A stretch of DNA of 64,000 nucleotides from Patescibacteria group bacterium. GTDB taxonomy: Bacteria; Patescibacteriota; Microgenomatia; UBA1400; PJMF01. The DNA lies in NCBI GenBank assembly GCA_045541795.1, contig JAZQJV010000018.1:197134-261133 (forward strand), given 5' to 3'. This document shows positions 1 through 10,078 of the stretch, in pieces. Each line of letters begins with the position of its first letter. Position 1 is the stretch's first letter. The position numbers were made by a program, and so were the translations under genes. Under the pieces are notes generated by a model. It ran no database searches, was not told the origin of the DNA, and worked only from the letters and a program-made list of their open reading frames with translations.

Positions 1-2
1 CC

Positions 3-137
3 TTGCGCTTTGCCCTCCATCACTACGCCCAGCCTGGTAATGTGATCGCCATTTTTGGCAAGGGTCATGAACAAAGCATGAATTACGATGGCCAGACAGA
101 AACCCTTTGGAATGACATCACCGGTGCCCAGCAAATC
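3..137 (+). CDS. C-terminal fragment of a Mur ligase (MurE-like GKGHE motif), open to the window edge and in frame with downstream murC with no intervening stop
   Basis: Translation ...VIAIFGKGHEQSMNYDGQTETLWNDITGAQQIM matches the C-terminal GKGHE region of MurE-type ligases. No stop codon precedes the murC ATG at 138. Confidence 0.4.
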
Positions 138-1529
138 ATGACTGGCATCAGCCATGGTGACACCAGTCTCGCGCTGGAAAAGAATAATTTTTTCCTGGTC
201 GGGATTAAGGGAGTAGGGATGACAGCCCTCGCTTCCTGCCTGGTAGATGCTGGCAAATCTGTCGCCGGTGCCGATACGGATGAGCGTTTTCCCACCAGTC
301 GCAATCTCGAGCGGCTTGCTGTCCCCATTACTCCATTAGACGGCGATCTCCCCGAAGATACCCAAGTCGTCATCTACACCGGCTCTCATGGTGGCCGCAG
401 TCAACCTCTCGTCCAGCAAGCCATCGCTCGCGGTCTACCAGTCTACTCACATATGGAAGCTTTAGCCTGGTTTTTTAATCGCGCTCGCGGTATCGCTGTG
501 TGTGGTGTCGGCGGTAAATCCAGCATTTCTGCCATGCTCGCTCACATCACTGCCAAGAGTGAGCCCCAATCATACGCTGTGGGCGTAGGCGAGATTATTG
601 GTCATGACCGCACTGGCCGGCTTATAGACGGCAGCAAATACTTCATCGCCGAAGCTGACGAGTACATTGCTGATCCCACTACCATTGGCACGAGCCAGGC
701 GCATATCCGCTTCCTGTATCTGTATCCACAAATCATTATCTGTCCCAATCTCCGTTTTGATCATCCTGATGTCTACCGCGATTTTGCCCACACCCAAGAA
801 GTTTTCCTGCAGTTTTTCACTCAGCTCAAGACCGGTGGCGTCCTGATTTACAACGGTGACGACCCTCACCTTACCAAGCTTGCCGCCCAGCTGCGCGCCA
901 AACGTCCAGACGTGACCACCATTAGCTACGGCCGAGCCGATACTAATGATTATCCGCTTGCCAAAAAGAAAATTCAGCTGGCCATCCCGGGAGAATATAA
1001 CCGCCTCAATGCCTTAGCGGCCATGCTCGCCGCCAAGCAAATTGGTCTCACCGATGACATCATCCGCGACGGCCTGGCCTCATACCGTTCTGTCAAACGC
1101 CGGCTGGAATATTTGGGCAAAAGAAACGGCGTGGAGATCTGGGATGACTACGCCCATCACCCCAGCGAAATCAAAGCCGTCATAGCTGCCATGCATGAAA
1201 AATACCCCAAGGGGCGTCTGGTCGTGGCGTTCCAACCGCATACCTATTCCCGTACCAAGCAGCTTTTTGACCAGTTTGTAGATGCGCTGGCGACTCATCA
1301 CGAACTGTGGCTGCTCGATATTTTCGCCTCTGCCCGGGAAAAACTAGATCCCAGCATTACCAGTCAGATGCTTGCCCAGGCTCTCGCCCGTAAGTATCCT
1401 GATGTCAGCGTCCACGCTATCGGCACTGTGGCCGACCTGGCCGCCAAAATCAAGACTGATTTACACTCAGGTGACGTCTTACTCACCATGGGCGCCGGTG
1501 ATATTTACCACGCGGTCACGAGCGATTGA
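138..1529 (+). CDS. murC: UDP-N-acetylmuramate--L-alanine ligase
   Basis: N-terminal GIKGVGMTALA Rossmann motif, central GVGGKSS P-loop and a typical MurC C-terminus (FQPHTYSRTKQLF...LLTMGAGDI). Confidence 0.85.
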   Translation: MTGISHGDTSLALEKNNFFLVGIKGVGMTALASCLVDAGKSVAGADTDERFPTSRNLERLAVPITPLDGDLPEDTQVVIYTGSHGGRSQPLVQQAIARGLPVYSHMEALAWFFNRARGIAVCGVGGKSSISAMLAHITAKSEPQSYAVGVGEIIGHDRTGRLIDGSKYFIAEADEYIADPTTIGTSQAHIRFLYLYPQIIICPNLRFDHPDVYRDFAHTQEVFLQFFTQLKTGGVLIYNGDDPHLTKLAAQLRAKRPDVTTISYGRADTNDYPLAKKKIQLAIPGEYNRLNALAAMLAAKQIGLTDDIIRDGLASYRSVKRRLEYLGKRNGVEIWDDYAHHPSEIKAVIAAMHEKYPKGRLVVAFQPHTYSRTKQLFDQFVDALATHHELWLLDIFASAREKLDPSITSQMLAQALARKYPDVSVHAIGTVADLAAKIKTDLHSGDVLLTMGAGDIYHAVTSD

Positions 1530-1544
1530 TTTAGCGATCTGTCC

Positions 1545-1586
1545 TATATTATATCACAATATGTCAGTTTTGTCAAGAGGCAAATT
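1545..1586 (-). promoter_or_regulatory. Extended promoter motif copy overlapping the last codons and stop of murB
   Basis: The minus-strand sequence AATTTGCCTCTTGACAAAACTGACATATTGTGATATAAT simultaneously encodes the murB C-terminus N-L-P-L-D-K-T-D-I-L-stop. Confidence 0.45.
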
Positions 1587-2504
1587 GTCACGGCTCAAAT
1601 CTTCCCGGTAAATCACCACTTCTGGCCGCAACCACACGCCGTATTCATGATAGACGCAGGCCTGGATTTTGCGGGCGCACTCTAGGATGTCAGCCTGGGC
1701 TGCGGTGCCTTTATTGACGATAAAACTGCAATGTTTGCCGGTGGCAGCCAGGCAGCCTGTCCAATCTAAGTGTAATTGGTCAATCAAAAATCCAGCGGGG
1801 ATGAGGGCTTGCTTCGCAAATTGAGGAAACCTTGACTGCAGATCGGGTGTATTGGGCGGATTTTGCCAAAAACAACCAGCGCTTGGCTCACTGAAGGCTT
1901 GAGTTTGCCGTTTTTTGGCCATCAAGGCTCTGGCCTGACGCGCTAGTAAATCAGGATCAGCGCCTGGTGTGACTTTGAGCCAGACGTTGGTAATGACGAG
2001 AGCGGGATTTTTTTGCAGTCGAGAATAGTCATAGGCAAAATCTAGTTCGTCTGCGCTCAAACACAAAAACTCACCCCGATCTCGGTCAAAAACTTCGATT
2101 TTCTCCACGAACGCACCAATCAGGATACCGCCAGCGTGAGCATTCCCCCAGACAGCGCCGCCCACACTTCCCGGCAGCGTGGTAAAGTTTTCTAGGTTTT
2201 TCCAGCCGTTTTTGACTGCCTGCCAGGCTACCTGCGCTATCATGTCGCCGGCCCAGATTTTTACGCCCGTGCCGATCAAAGTAAGCGGCTCGCCAGACGG
2301 CATCATTTTCCAGACTAGAGGAATTTCGCCGTCTGGCAGGAGGCTATCGCTGCCCCCGCCCAAAATCAAGACTTTATCCTGACCGGCAAATTTTTGCGCT
2401 GTAATCAAGTCCTCGCGCGTGCGGATTTCCCAAAAACTAGACGCTATCCCTCCCACTTTGATACTGGTGTACGGGGCTAATGATACGTTTTTTCTCTCGC
2501 TCAT
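1554..2504 (-). CDS. murB: UDP-N-acetylenolpyruvoylglucosamine reductase
   Basis: FAD-binding N-terminus (LAPYTSIKVGG, LILGGGSDSLL) and MurB C-terminal domain. Internal ATG at 2504 chosen as start; the ORF extends to 2624. Confidence 0.85.
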   Translation of the reverse strand: MSERKNVSLAPYTSIKVGGIASSFWEIRTREDLITAQKFAGQDKVLILGGGSDSLLPDGEIPLVWKMMPSGEPLTLIGTGVKIWAGDMIAQVAWQAVKNGWKNLENFTTLPGSVGGAVWGNAHAGGILIGAFVEKIEVFDRDRGEFLCLSADELDFAYDYSRLQKNPALVITNVWLKVTPGADPDLLARQARALMAKKRQTQAFSEPSAGCFWQNPPNTPDLQSRFPQFAKQALIPAGFLIDQLHLDWTGCLAATGKHCSFIVNKGTAAQADILECARKIQACVYHEYGVWLRPEVVIYREDLSRDNLPLDKTDIL

Positions 2505-2574
2505 GCGGCCGATTATACCATAAAATTGCCAAAACTGCCAACCAAAACCCGTTTTTTTCTGGTATAATATAGCA

Positions 2575-3000
2575 GTGATAACGGTAAACCTATTTGTTAA
2601 CTCGCATTTCTTAGTCGACCGCAAAATGCTCCGGCAGCGGACGATAGATTTTTTGGCGGCTCACACTCTGGAAAACGCAATCGTCGACGTCCATGTAGTC
2701 GGCTCACACAAAATCAAGCAGCTCAACGAGCAAATTGGTCACGAGGGTGTGACTGACGTGCTGTCATTCCCGCAATACGACCCCAAAGAAAAGGATTTTA
2801 CCCTGCCGCCCGGCGTGCCGCGCCACCTCGGAGACATCGTGATCAATTACGCAGAAGCGGTCAATCAAGCCCGTAAACGGGGGAAAATGGTGGATGAGCA
2901 AGTCTGGTTTTATCTTGAACACGGCCTGCTGCACTTACTAGGCTTTCATCATGATGACGGTATGGAGGAAACTTATGTTCGCCCCCCGCTGGACTTATAA
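2575..3000 (+). CDS. ybeY: rRNA maturation endoribonuclease YbeY
   Basis: H..LHLLGFHHDD metal-binding motif (HGLLHLLGFHH) and length of about 140 aa. Confidence 0.75.
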   Translation: MITVNLFVNSHFLVDRKMLRQRTIDFLAAHTLENAIVDVHVVGSHKIKQLNEQIGHEGVTDVLSFPQYDPKEKDFTLPPGVPRHLGDIVINYAEAVNQARKRGKMVDEQVWFYLEHGLLHLLGFHHDDGMEETYVRPPLDL

Positions 3001-4045
3001 AAGTCATTTTAGCCTGCTCCAGTGGTTGGGGCTGCTGGCCAGCCTGACGATAATATCTGCTTTGATCGTGTGTTGGCAGATAAGCTCGACTTACCGCAGT
3101 TTTTTGCAGCAAAGCGGACTTTCTGGTGATCAGCTGTGGTCACTGATACGCCAAGCCGCGCTCACAAGCACCCTCAACCAAGACGGCCAGACGAGCCTCT
3201 TACTTCTGGGGACAGACGAGCTCGAGACGCGCCCGGGTAATTGGCCGCTTACAGACACCATGATGCTGATCAAAGCTCAGCCTGAGTTTAGCAACATCAC
3301 TCTGCTTTCGCTGCCGCGCGACTTAGTCTTGCCCGGGGACAAAAACAGAATTAACGCGATATATCCCATATTTTATCAAGAATCAACTCAAACGGCTGGG
3401 CTGGCGACTGCTCAGTATTTATCCAGCCGGCTGGATATACCCATCCATTATCAGGTAGTAGTCACGATGCGTGACGTCGCTGATTTCATTGATCTGGTGG
3501 GCGGGGTGGACGTGGAAATTGCCCGTTCGTTTATTGATTACCAGTATCCACGTGACGACGTGGACGTCACCACGGTGCGCGATCCCCAGCTGCTTTATGA
3601 GACGGTGGAATTTACTGCCGGCCCGGCGCATTTAGATGGGCCGACGGCGCTCAAATTTATGCGCTCGCGCCACGCTCAAAATGAAGAAGGCTCTGATTTT
3701 GCCCGCGCGACGCGTCAGCGGCAAGTCATTGAAGCGCTCGCCAGCAAACTTGGCGCGCGCTTTCGTGATGATCTGCGCCGTTATGATTTGCGCTTACTGG
3801 GTGAGTGTTACCAATTTTACAATGATCGTTTTGCTGATCAATTACCATTTACACACGCACTCGCACTGGCTTTAGACTTTCTCTCGCGTGAACGGCTACC
3901 ACAAGTATCCAGTGGACGCTTGAGCGTCGATGAGCCTGGCAGCGTCTTACATGAAAACAAGCGCGATTTCACGATTCAAGCAGACAGTCTGGAGGCACTG
4001 CGCGCGGCCGTGCGTCGTGAGCTTAAGTGGGGCAGTGGCGAGTAA
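2951..4045 (+). CDS. LytR-CpsA-Psr (LCP) family cell-envelope polymer transferase
   Basis: N-terminal TM helix, then LLLLGTDE..R...DTMML, LSLPRD, GGVDV and FMRSRHA...G.D..R..RQRQV motifs typical of the LCP domain. Confidence 0.75.
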   Translation: MMTVWRKLMFAPRWTYKSHFSLLQWLGLLASLTIISALIVCWQISSTYRSFLQQSGLSGDQLWSLIRQAALTSTLNQDGQTSLLLLGTDELETRPGNWPLTDTMMLIKAQPEFSNITLLSLPRDLVLPGDKNRINAIYPIFYQESTQTAGLATAQYLSSRLDIPIHYQVVVTMRDVADFIDLVGGVDVEIARSFIDYQYPRDDVDVTTVRDPQLLYETVEFTAGPAHLDGPTALKFMRSRHAQNEEGSDFARATRQRQVIEALASKLGARFRDDLRRYDLRLLGECYQFYNDRFADQLPFTHALALALDFLSRERLPQVSSGRLSVDEPGSVLHENKRDFTIQADSLEALRAAVRRELKWGSGE

Positions 4046-4134
4046 GATCAGCTAAATTTCCCCGCCGCCGTGTCATTTTGCGCGGCCCGAAATGCTACGT
4101 GTACGATGTCACTTTTCGTGATATAATACCCAAT

Positions 4135-4944
4135 ATGTCCGCCAAAACATTCCGACCATCACGCCCGCGCTACGCCAAACGTCCCGCAAGCAATTACCAC
4201 TCTCCCCGTACAAAGGTGCGCCCGTCTTCAAGATCAGATCGCAAACTCATCCGCCCCCTTTTTTGGCTTTTGGCACTGTTGATTTTTTTCGTGGTCATCT
4301 ATTTTTTGACCCGTCGTTTTTTTGTGGTGCGCCGGGTGGGTTGCATCATCAATCGCACGAACACGCCTTGCTCAGCGTCGCTGTGGGAGGCTGCCCACAA
4401 GCTGCAGGGCCAACCGCTGCTTTTTGCAGATTTTGCCACTATCCTGGAGAGCGCCCACACTGAGGGGACTGATTTTGACTATGTCACGTACTATAAGATC
4501 CTGCCCGATAGTGTCATTGCTGATTATCATTTCCCTTCTCCCGTCTACTCACTCAGTATTGGCGATGGCAGCCCTCTCGGTTTTAGTCTTGACGGCCGCT
4601 ACACGATCGCCACGGGCGAAGCCGACCTCATTCACATCCGCTCTCATTACGCGCCGCTCAATGAGCGGCTGGCTCAGTTTGGGGTGGACGAACTTTTGCA
4701 CCAAAAATTTCTGGAATTGGATTTTTATTCGCGCGGGCACCGGGATAATTGGCAGTGGGTGACTCTCTACTCGCGCGGTCACATGCAAATTGCCACGCCC
4801 AATGCCGTCTATGATGTGGACCCCTTCCAGCTGGATGAAAACCTGCAAAAACTTTACTACGTCGAAAAAAACCGCCACAGCGACAAGTATCAGGAAATTG
4901 ACTTGCGGCTCAATGTCCCCGTCGTGCGAGACTTGGTAAATTAG
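4135..4944 (+). CDS. Putative cell division protein FtsQ/DivIB (basic cytoplasmic N-terminus, single TM, extracytoplasmic domain)
   Basis: Sits immediately upstream of ftsA-ftsZ. Topology is a basic N-terminus, one TM (LFWLLALLIFFVVIYFL) and an extracellular domain of about 190 aa. A TGATATAAT -10 box lies at 4118-4126. Assignment rests on synteny and topology. Confidence 0.4.
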   Translation: MSAKTFRPSRPRYAKRPASNYHSPRTKVRPSSRSDRKLIRPLFWLLALLIFFVVIYFLTRRFFVVRRVGCIINRTNTPCSASLWEAAHKLQGQPLLFADFATILESAHTEGTDFDYVTYYKILPDSVIADYHFPSPVYSLSIGDGSPLGFSLDGRYTIATGEADLIHIRSHYAPLNERLAQFGVDELLHQKFLELDFYSRGHRDNWQWVTLYSRGHMQIATPNAVYDVDPFQLDENLQKLYYVEKNRHSDKYQEIDLRLNVPVVRDLVN

Positions 4945-5050
4945 ACAAAATCGCAAAATTTGTCCGTCCACAAAGAGCAAGAGTGTGATATAATGGAGTA
5001 AAGAAATTGATACTTGATTTTTTGATAAAAATAGTTTATAAAGAAGCACT

Positions 5051-6361
5051 ATGATACAAAAAAGCGCCACCGGAAAAGAAATGATTGCCGCAGTTGATCT
5101 CGGCTCCAGTCATACTGTCACCCTAATTGCTAGTCGGGAAGCTGACGGCAATTTTAAAATCGTGGGCATTGGTGATGTCCCTTCGGTTGGCATCCGCCGG
5201 GCCAATATCGTCAACCTCGAGCAAGCCACCCAGACTCTCGAGCGCTCCGTGGCTATGGCTGAGCAAATGTGTGGCAATAATGTCGATAAAGTTTATGTCA
5301 ACGTTTCTGGCGCTCATATTGGTTATCGTAATTCCAACGGCGTGGTGGTCGTGGCGAGTGATGACGGCATTGAAGAATCTGACATTGACCGCGCCATCGA
5401 ATCCGCGCGCGCCATTAATCTTCCCGCTGACCAAGAAGTGCTCACTGTCACGCCTCGCACCTACAAAGTTGATGATCAAGAAGGTATCCTTGATCCATTA
5501 GGCATGGTCGGTCAGCGCCTAGAAGTCGAAATTCACATGATTACTGCTTCCTCCGCTGTGCTGCGCAACCTCGAAAAAGCCCTGGCTACGATCGGCTTAG
5601 AAAAGGAATCATTTGTTTTTGGCGGCTATGCCGCCAGCGAAGTCGTCATTGATGACAACGAAAAAAATGCCGGTGTCATTTGCATTGATATTGGCGCGGA
5701 TACGACCAGCTATTGCGTTTATCTTGACGGTGCGATCCAGCTTTCGGGCGTGGTGCCGATCGGCAGCCGCTACGTGTCGCAAGACATTAACGCCTACACC
5801 CGCGTCGGTTTAGACAAAGCAGAACGCATCAAACTTGATTTATCCAAAGACGCCAGCGAGCCCATCAAACAGCGTGAAGGCGAGACCCGTGAAGAATTCC
5901 GCCGCCGTTACAAAGCGGCCGATATATTTGACCTCACTAAATACGATCCCGGCGTCAAACCAGCGACCGTTTCCAAAGCCATGCTCGTGCGCACCGTCAT
6001 CGGCGCTAGACATCGGGAGATTTTTAGTCTCATCGCTGATGACCTCAAAAAAAATAAAATCGCCGACAAACTGGGCGCCGGTGCTGTCCTCGTTGGTGGC
6101 GGGGCCAAAGCCATTGGCGTGGGTGAAGTGGCCATGCAAACCCTCGGGATGCAAGTGCGCCTCGGTGTACCGCGTGGTATTGATGGCGTCATCCGTCACC
6201 TTGATGATCCGATTTATGCTACAGTGATCGGTTTGCTGCGCTATGCCAACCATGAACAGGCAGCAGCGCCCATCAGTGATCCTGCAGCCAGCGCCAAGCA
6301 AAGTAATCTGCCCAGTTTTATTAATGAAGTGGCGAGGAAATTTAAAAAATGGATGCCGTAG
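5051..6361 (+). CDS. ftsA: Cell division protein FtsA
   Basis: Actin-like ATPase; N-terminal AAVDLGSSHT; correct length; directly upstream of ftsZ. Confidence 0.85.
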   Translation: MIQKSATGKEMIAAVDLGSSHTVTLIASREADGNFKIVGIGDVPSVGIRRANIVNLEQATQTLERSVAMAEQMCGNNVDKVYVNVSGAHIGYRNSNGVVVVASDDGIEESDIDRAIESARAINLPADQEVLTVTPRTYKVDDQEGILDPLGMVGQRLEVEIHMITASSAVLRNLEKALATIGLEKESFVFGGYAASEVVIDDNEKNAGVICIDIGADTTSYCVYLDGAIQLSGVVPIGSRYVSQDINAYTRVGLDKAERIKLDLSKDASEPIKQREGETREEFRRRYKAADIFDLTKYDPGVKPATVSKAMLVRTVIGARHREIFSLIADDLKKNKIADKLGAGAVLVGGGAKAIGVGEVAMQTLGMQVRLGVPRGIDGVIRHLDDPIYATVIGLLRYANHEQAAAPISDPAASAKQSNLPSFINEVARKFKKWMP

Positions 6362-6433
6362 AGCAAAATTGCTCGTCAAATTTAAGATTTTTGTGATATA
6401 GTATGATCAACAAACAAAGGACAGAGAGAAGTT

Positions 6434-7813
6434 ATGGCACAGATCAAACCAACCAATAACACATTTGCAAAGATTAAAGTCATCGGCGTGGGCGGTGGCG
6501 GCGGTAATGCCATCAATTCCATGATTGACTCCAAACAAATACACGGCGTGGAATTTGTCAGTGTCAACACTGATGCTCAAGCACTCATGAATTCGCTGGC
6601 CGAAACCAAAATCCAGATCGGCGATAATTACACCCGCGGCTTGGGCGCAGGCGCCAATCCCGAAGTCGGCCAAGCCGCCGCCGAAGAGTCGCGCGAAAAG
6701 CTCAAAGAAGTGATGTATGATACCGAAATGGTCTTCATCACTGCCGGCATGGGCGGCGGTACCGGTACTGGCGCCTCACCAGTGGTAGCCCAAATCGCCA
6801 AGGAAGCAGGCGCGCTCACTGTGGCCGTCGTCACCAAGCCGTTTATGTTTGAGGGCAATGCACGTATGCGCATCGCCGAAGACGGCATCGAAAACCTCAA
6901 AGATTACGTGGACGCACTCATTGTCGTCCCCAATCAACGCCTCTTGGATGTGGTCGACAAAAAAATGACGCTCATTGAAGCGTTTCACTTGGCCGATAAT
7001 GTCCTCGGGCAAGGCGTGCAAGGCATTTCTGATCTCATCACCATGCCGGGTCTGGTCAATGTCGACTTCAAAGACGTAGAACGGGTCATGACGGACTCCG
7101 GCACCGCGATGATGGGTATCGGCGAGGGCGAAGGCGAAAACCGGGCCGTCATTGCCGCGCGTATGGCCATTTCCTCGCCACTTTTGGAACTGTCTGTAGA
7201 TGGTGCTAAAGGCATTCTTTATAATATTATCGGCGGTCCGGATCTCGGGATGCAAGAAATCTCCGAAGCTAGCCAGATCATCCAGTCTACTGCCGATCCC
7301 GATGCCATCATTATTTTTGGTTCGGCGATCCGTGAAGAAATGATGGGTAAAATCCGCATCAGCGTTATCGCCACCGGCTTTGAAGAGCATGCCTACATCC
7401 CGGGAAGTATTCCCTACGATCAACGTTTTGCGCCGCTTGGCGGGTCACTGCCAGCCGCGAGCTCTGTTGCTGCTATCCCGGCCTCACCTTTGCCGGCAAG
7501 TACGCTCAATCCCGCTCCGCCCAAAATCCAAATCAGCGAGACACCGACTAACTTTGTACAGCCACGCGCCGACATCAAACCAGATCCCCTGACAATGCCA
7601 CTTGGTAATGTCGCCACGCAGTTTGCGCCCCGGCAGGCTTACGATCCCATCCCTACGCCGCGCGCGATTAAAATCGAGCAGACGAGCAACATTGATCAAG
7701 CCGCACCCAGTTATCCGCCCTCACGTCCCACTCCAGCCAAAACGGAAACGGATTCTTACAGCGACGAAAACGACGTTTTCGCGCCGCCGGCTTTCCTGCG
7801 CAACCGCCGCTAA
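6434..7813 (+). CDS. ftsZ: Cell division GTPase FtsZ with long Pro-rich C-terminal tail
   Basis: [11 protein letters not shown] tubulin signature and [12 protein letters not shown]-loop region. C-terminal Pro-rich linker of about 130 aa. Confidence 0.9.
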   Translation: MAQIKPTNNTFAKIKVIGVGGGGGNAINSMIDSKQIHGVEFVSVNTDAQALMNSLAETKIQIGDNYTRGLGAGANPEVGQAAAEESREKLKEVMYDTEMVFITAGMGGGTGTGASPVVAQIAKEAGALTVAVVTKPFMFEGNARMRIAEDGIENLKDYVDALIVVPNQRLLDVVDKKMTLIEAFHLADNVLGQGVQGISDLITMPGLVNVDFKDVERVMTDSGTAMMGIGEGEGENRAVIAARMAISSPLLELSVDGAKGILYNIIGGPDLGMQEISEASQIIQSTADPDAIIIFGSAIREEMMGKIRISVIATGFEEHAYIPGSIPYDQRFAPLGGSLPAASSVAAIPASPLPASTLNPAPPKIQISETPTNFVQPRADIKPDPLTMPLGNVATQFAPRQAYDPIPTPRAIKIEQTSNIDQAAPSYPPSRPTPAKTETDSYSDENDVFAPPAFLRNRR

Positions 7814-7846
7814 AAGTCATCATCTATCCGGCCGAAAATAGTTAAT

Positions 7847-7978
7847 CTTTCATTTTGTGTGGCACGAAATGCTACACGTGTGGCATTACTTTTCATTTTT
7901 CGCCTGGTAAATATATCATAAACTGTGTGGCACTGGCGTAATAGCGTGTGGCATTTTGAGCACAAAATGTGTACAATC
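7847..7978. repeat. Direct repeat copy 1 (about 130 bp) containing four GTGTGGCA(C/T)T iteron-like units
   Basis: Near-identical to 10079-10230. Internal 8-mers GTGTGGCA repeat four times. Confidence 0.8.
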
Positions 7979-8298
7979 TAGTCATTGACACATTAATAAA
8001 ATGTGATATAATATCAGCTGACACCATTAATAAGGAATAAGAGAAGGGAGTCTGAGTGAAATTCTAAGATGAGGAAAATCAACACACGATTAATCACATC
8101 CGATGACACTAGAGCAGGGACGAAGGAGCCTTGGAATTGTGCACGCAATAAGGTGAGTGATGCTTTATCCGGTATTAGTGCATAATTTTTCCCTCTTATT
8201 TCCTTGCATTAATGGTGTCGCCGGAAGTACGACAGTACGTGTATCGCTCACCTTTAGTATATACTGAGGTTTGCGATCTCCGGCACTAGCAGATACAA

Positions 8299-9564
8299 AT
8301 GAAAGGCAGTATGCGCACTGTTTATGGGCGGATCTTTTTGGTGGCCACATTGGTAACGTTGGCAAACTTTCCCCCTAAGATAGGGGAAACAGGCGGGCTC
8401 GAAGAGCCCAACCTAAGGGAGTATGAATATAAGCAAGCAACCGTCTACGCTGCTACGTCCACCCTTACGACCAAAAAGATTAAAGACGTGCAGCTGGGTG
8501 AAGTCATCCAGATCGGCAGCAGTAAGTTTGTAAAAATCGCCGCCAACCGCTATCAAGCAGTAAAACCGTATACTTGTGCTGACCCGGTACTCACGTATGC
8601 TGGCGCTAGCAAAGGTTTCACTTATACGGGAAACTATCAGACCTTTACGGCGTACGCCGGGTGTCAGTATCAGGTAGAGTTGTGGGGAGCAAGAGGCGGA
8701 AACAGTAGAAATAATGGTGGCACAACTTACGTGGGTGGATATGGAGGCTATGTGAGCGGTACAATCATGATGAATACAAGGATGAATTTTTACGTATACA
8801 TAGGTGGCCAAGGAACGAATACAGATACTGGGGGTTGGAATGGCGGCGGCTACTTGACTGGTGGGCAAAGTTCTTTCGGTGGCAGCGGAGGCGGCGCTAG
8901 TGACATTAGGACCATATCCGGATCTTGGAATAATGATAATTCTCTGTGTAGTCGTATAATGGTGGCTGGCGCCGGCGGTGGTGGTGACGCTCGTGCCGAA
9001 GGATATGGTGACGGTAAGGGTGGCGACGGTGGAGGATTGTACGGAATACGCGGGCAGGCTATCAATCATACTAATGGCTATGGCTATTGTCAATCTTCTG
9101 GGGGAACACAAGTATCTGGTGGACAGCAAATGTGTTATGGTGAAATAATGTCTGATGATAAAGCAATAGGCTATTTTGGTGCAGCCTGCCAAAATCCGGA
9201 CAATTCAGATGCGTGGGCGCAAAGTGGCGGAGGCTCTGGATGGTATGGAGGTAGTGCTTCTAATCATTCTGGCGCTGGCGGCGGTTCCTCTTACATCTCC
9301 GGCCATACCGGCTGCGTCGCTGTTACCTCACAAAGCGACACTACTCCCAAATCGGGCTGTACTACCGGCACTACTAATTACCCTTGCTCACTTAGTCCTA
9401 CAGGATTGAGTTTTACTGACACCGTAATGATCGACGGCGCTGGTTATTCCTGGACAAATGTGAAAGGATCGCTCAAGCAAATGCCCAATCCGTCAGGCGG
9501 TTACTACGCCAGTGGCGTAGGCCATACCGGTAATGGTGCCGCCCGCATCACGCGCCTTAATTAG
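8299..9564 (+). CDS. Secreted glycine-rich domain protein (ALK/LTK-type Gly_rich-like)
   Basis: N-terminal hydrophobic signal/anchor. Repeated blocks NFYVYIGGQG, GGSGGGASDIRT and RIMVAGAGGGG resemble the glycine-rich domain family. Strong TTGACA-N17-TATAAT promoter at 7985-8012 with a 290-nt leader. Confidence 0.6.
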   Translation: MKGSMRTVYGRIFLVATLVTLANFPPKIGETGGLEEPNLREYEYKQATVYAATSTLTTKKIKDVQLGEVIQIGSSKFVKIAANRYQAVKPYTCADPVLTYAGASKGFTYTGNYQTFTAYAGCQYQVELWGARGGNSRNNGGTTYVGGYGGYVSGTIMMNTRMNFYVYIGGQGTNTDTGGWNGGGYLTGGQSSFGGSGGGASDIRTISGSWNNDNSLCSRIMVAGAGGGGDARAEGYGDGKGGDGGGLYGIRGQAINHTNGYGYCQSSGGTQVSGGQQMCYGEIMSDDKAIGYFGAACQNPDNSDAWAQSGGGSGWYGGSASNHSGAGGGSSYISGHTGCVAVTSQSDTTPKSGCTTGTTNYPCSLSPTGLSFTDTVMIDGAGYSWTNVKGSLKQMPNPSGGYYASGVGHTGNGAARITRLN

Positions 9565-9751
9565 TCACTTACTACTCTTTCTACTTTTTTAGATGTGCCT
9601 GCGCCCGCGAAAGCGGGCGCAGATGTATGCGACTTTTCACTCTTGCAATTTTTGGCTTTTTATGGTATAAATATACAAAATACAATCACAAGAGCAAATA
9701 ATTACTCAAAATATAGAATCGAAGATCCTGGCGATCAGGAACCAATACGTT

Positions 9752-9988
9752 ATGCTAGATCGCGACTTGGCAGATTTATACGGAGTACCAACTAAGCGTC
9801 TAAATGAACAAGTAAAGCGCAACAGCGAACGTTTTCCAGCAAGCTTTATGTTTCAATTAAGTGAGCAAGAGTTTGAGAATTGGAGGTCGCAATTTGCGAC
9901 CTCCAGTGCGGATAAAATTGGTTTGCGCCGTCCACCATATGCATTTACCGAACAAGGTGTTGCCATGCTTTCTGCAGTCCTCCACTAG
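9752..9988 (+). CDS. ORF6N-domain protein (phage/mobile-element KilA-N-like DNA-binding family)
   Basis: MLDRDLADLYGV.TKRLNEQVKRN.ERFP..FMFQLS..E...WRSQFATS....R.PYAFTEQGVAMLS closely matches the ORF6N domain consensus. Promoter TGGTATAAAT lies just upstream. Confidence 0.55.
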   Translation: MLDRDLADLYGVPTKRLNEQVKRNSERFPASFMFQLSEQEFENWRSQFATSSADKIGLRRPPYAFTEQGVAMLSAVLH

Positions 9989-10078
9989 GAGCCTCGCTAA
10001 AGGACCTAGGCAAAAAGTGTTTTGCATTCCAAATAATGGATAAAAGTTGGATTCCTCAATTACTAAGTCGCATATAAA

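Noticed and set aside
4322-5070. ORFs 4322-4762 (+) and 4549-5070 (-) overlapping the FtsQ-like gene
   Set aside because: Alternative-frame or antisense ORFs with compositionally odd translations. The 4135-4944 frame has the promoter and the TM topology.
5840-6379. 179-aa minus-strand ORF inside ftsA, and 130/94-aa ORFs in the same region
   Set aside because: These overlap the conserved FtsA C-terminal half and have no independent support.
6776-7423. 215-aa minus-strand ORF inside ftsZ
   Set aside because: Antisense to a strongly supported FtsZ. No motif, and the open frame is explained by the codon bias of the sense gene.
8413-9192. 259-aa minus-strand ORF antisense to the glycine-rich protein gene
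   Set aside because: Translation is low-complexity (runs of T, S, A, I). It arises from reverse-complemented GGN repeats. The sense-strand gene has signal peptide, promoter and domain support.
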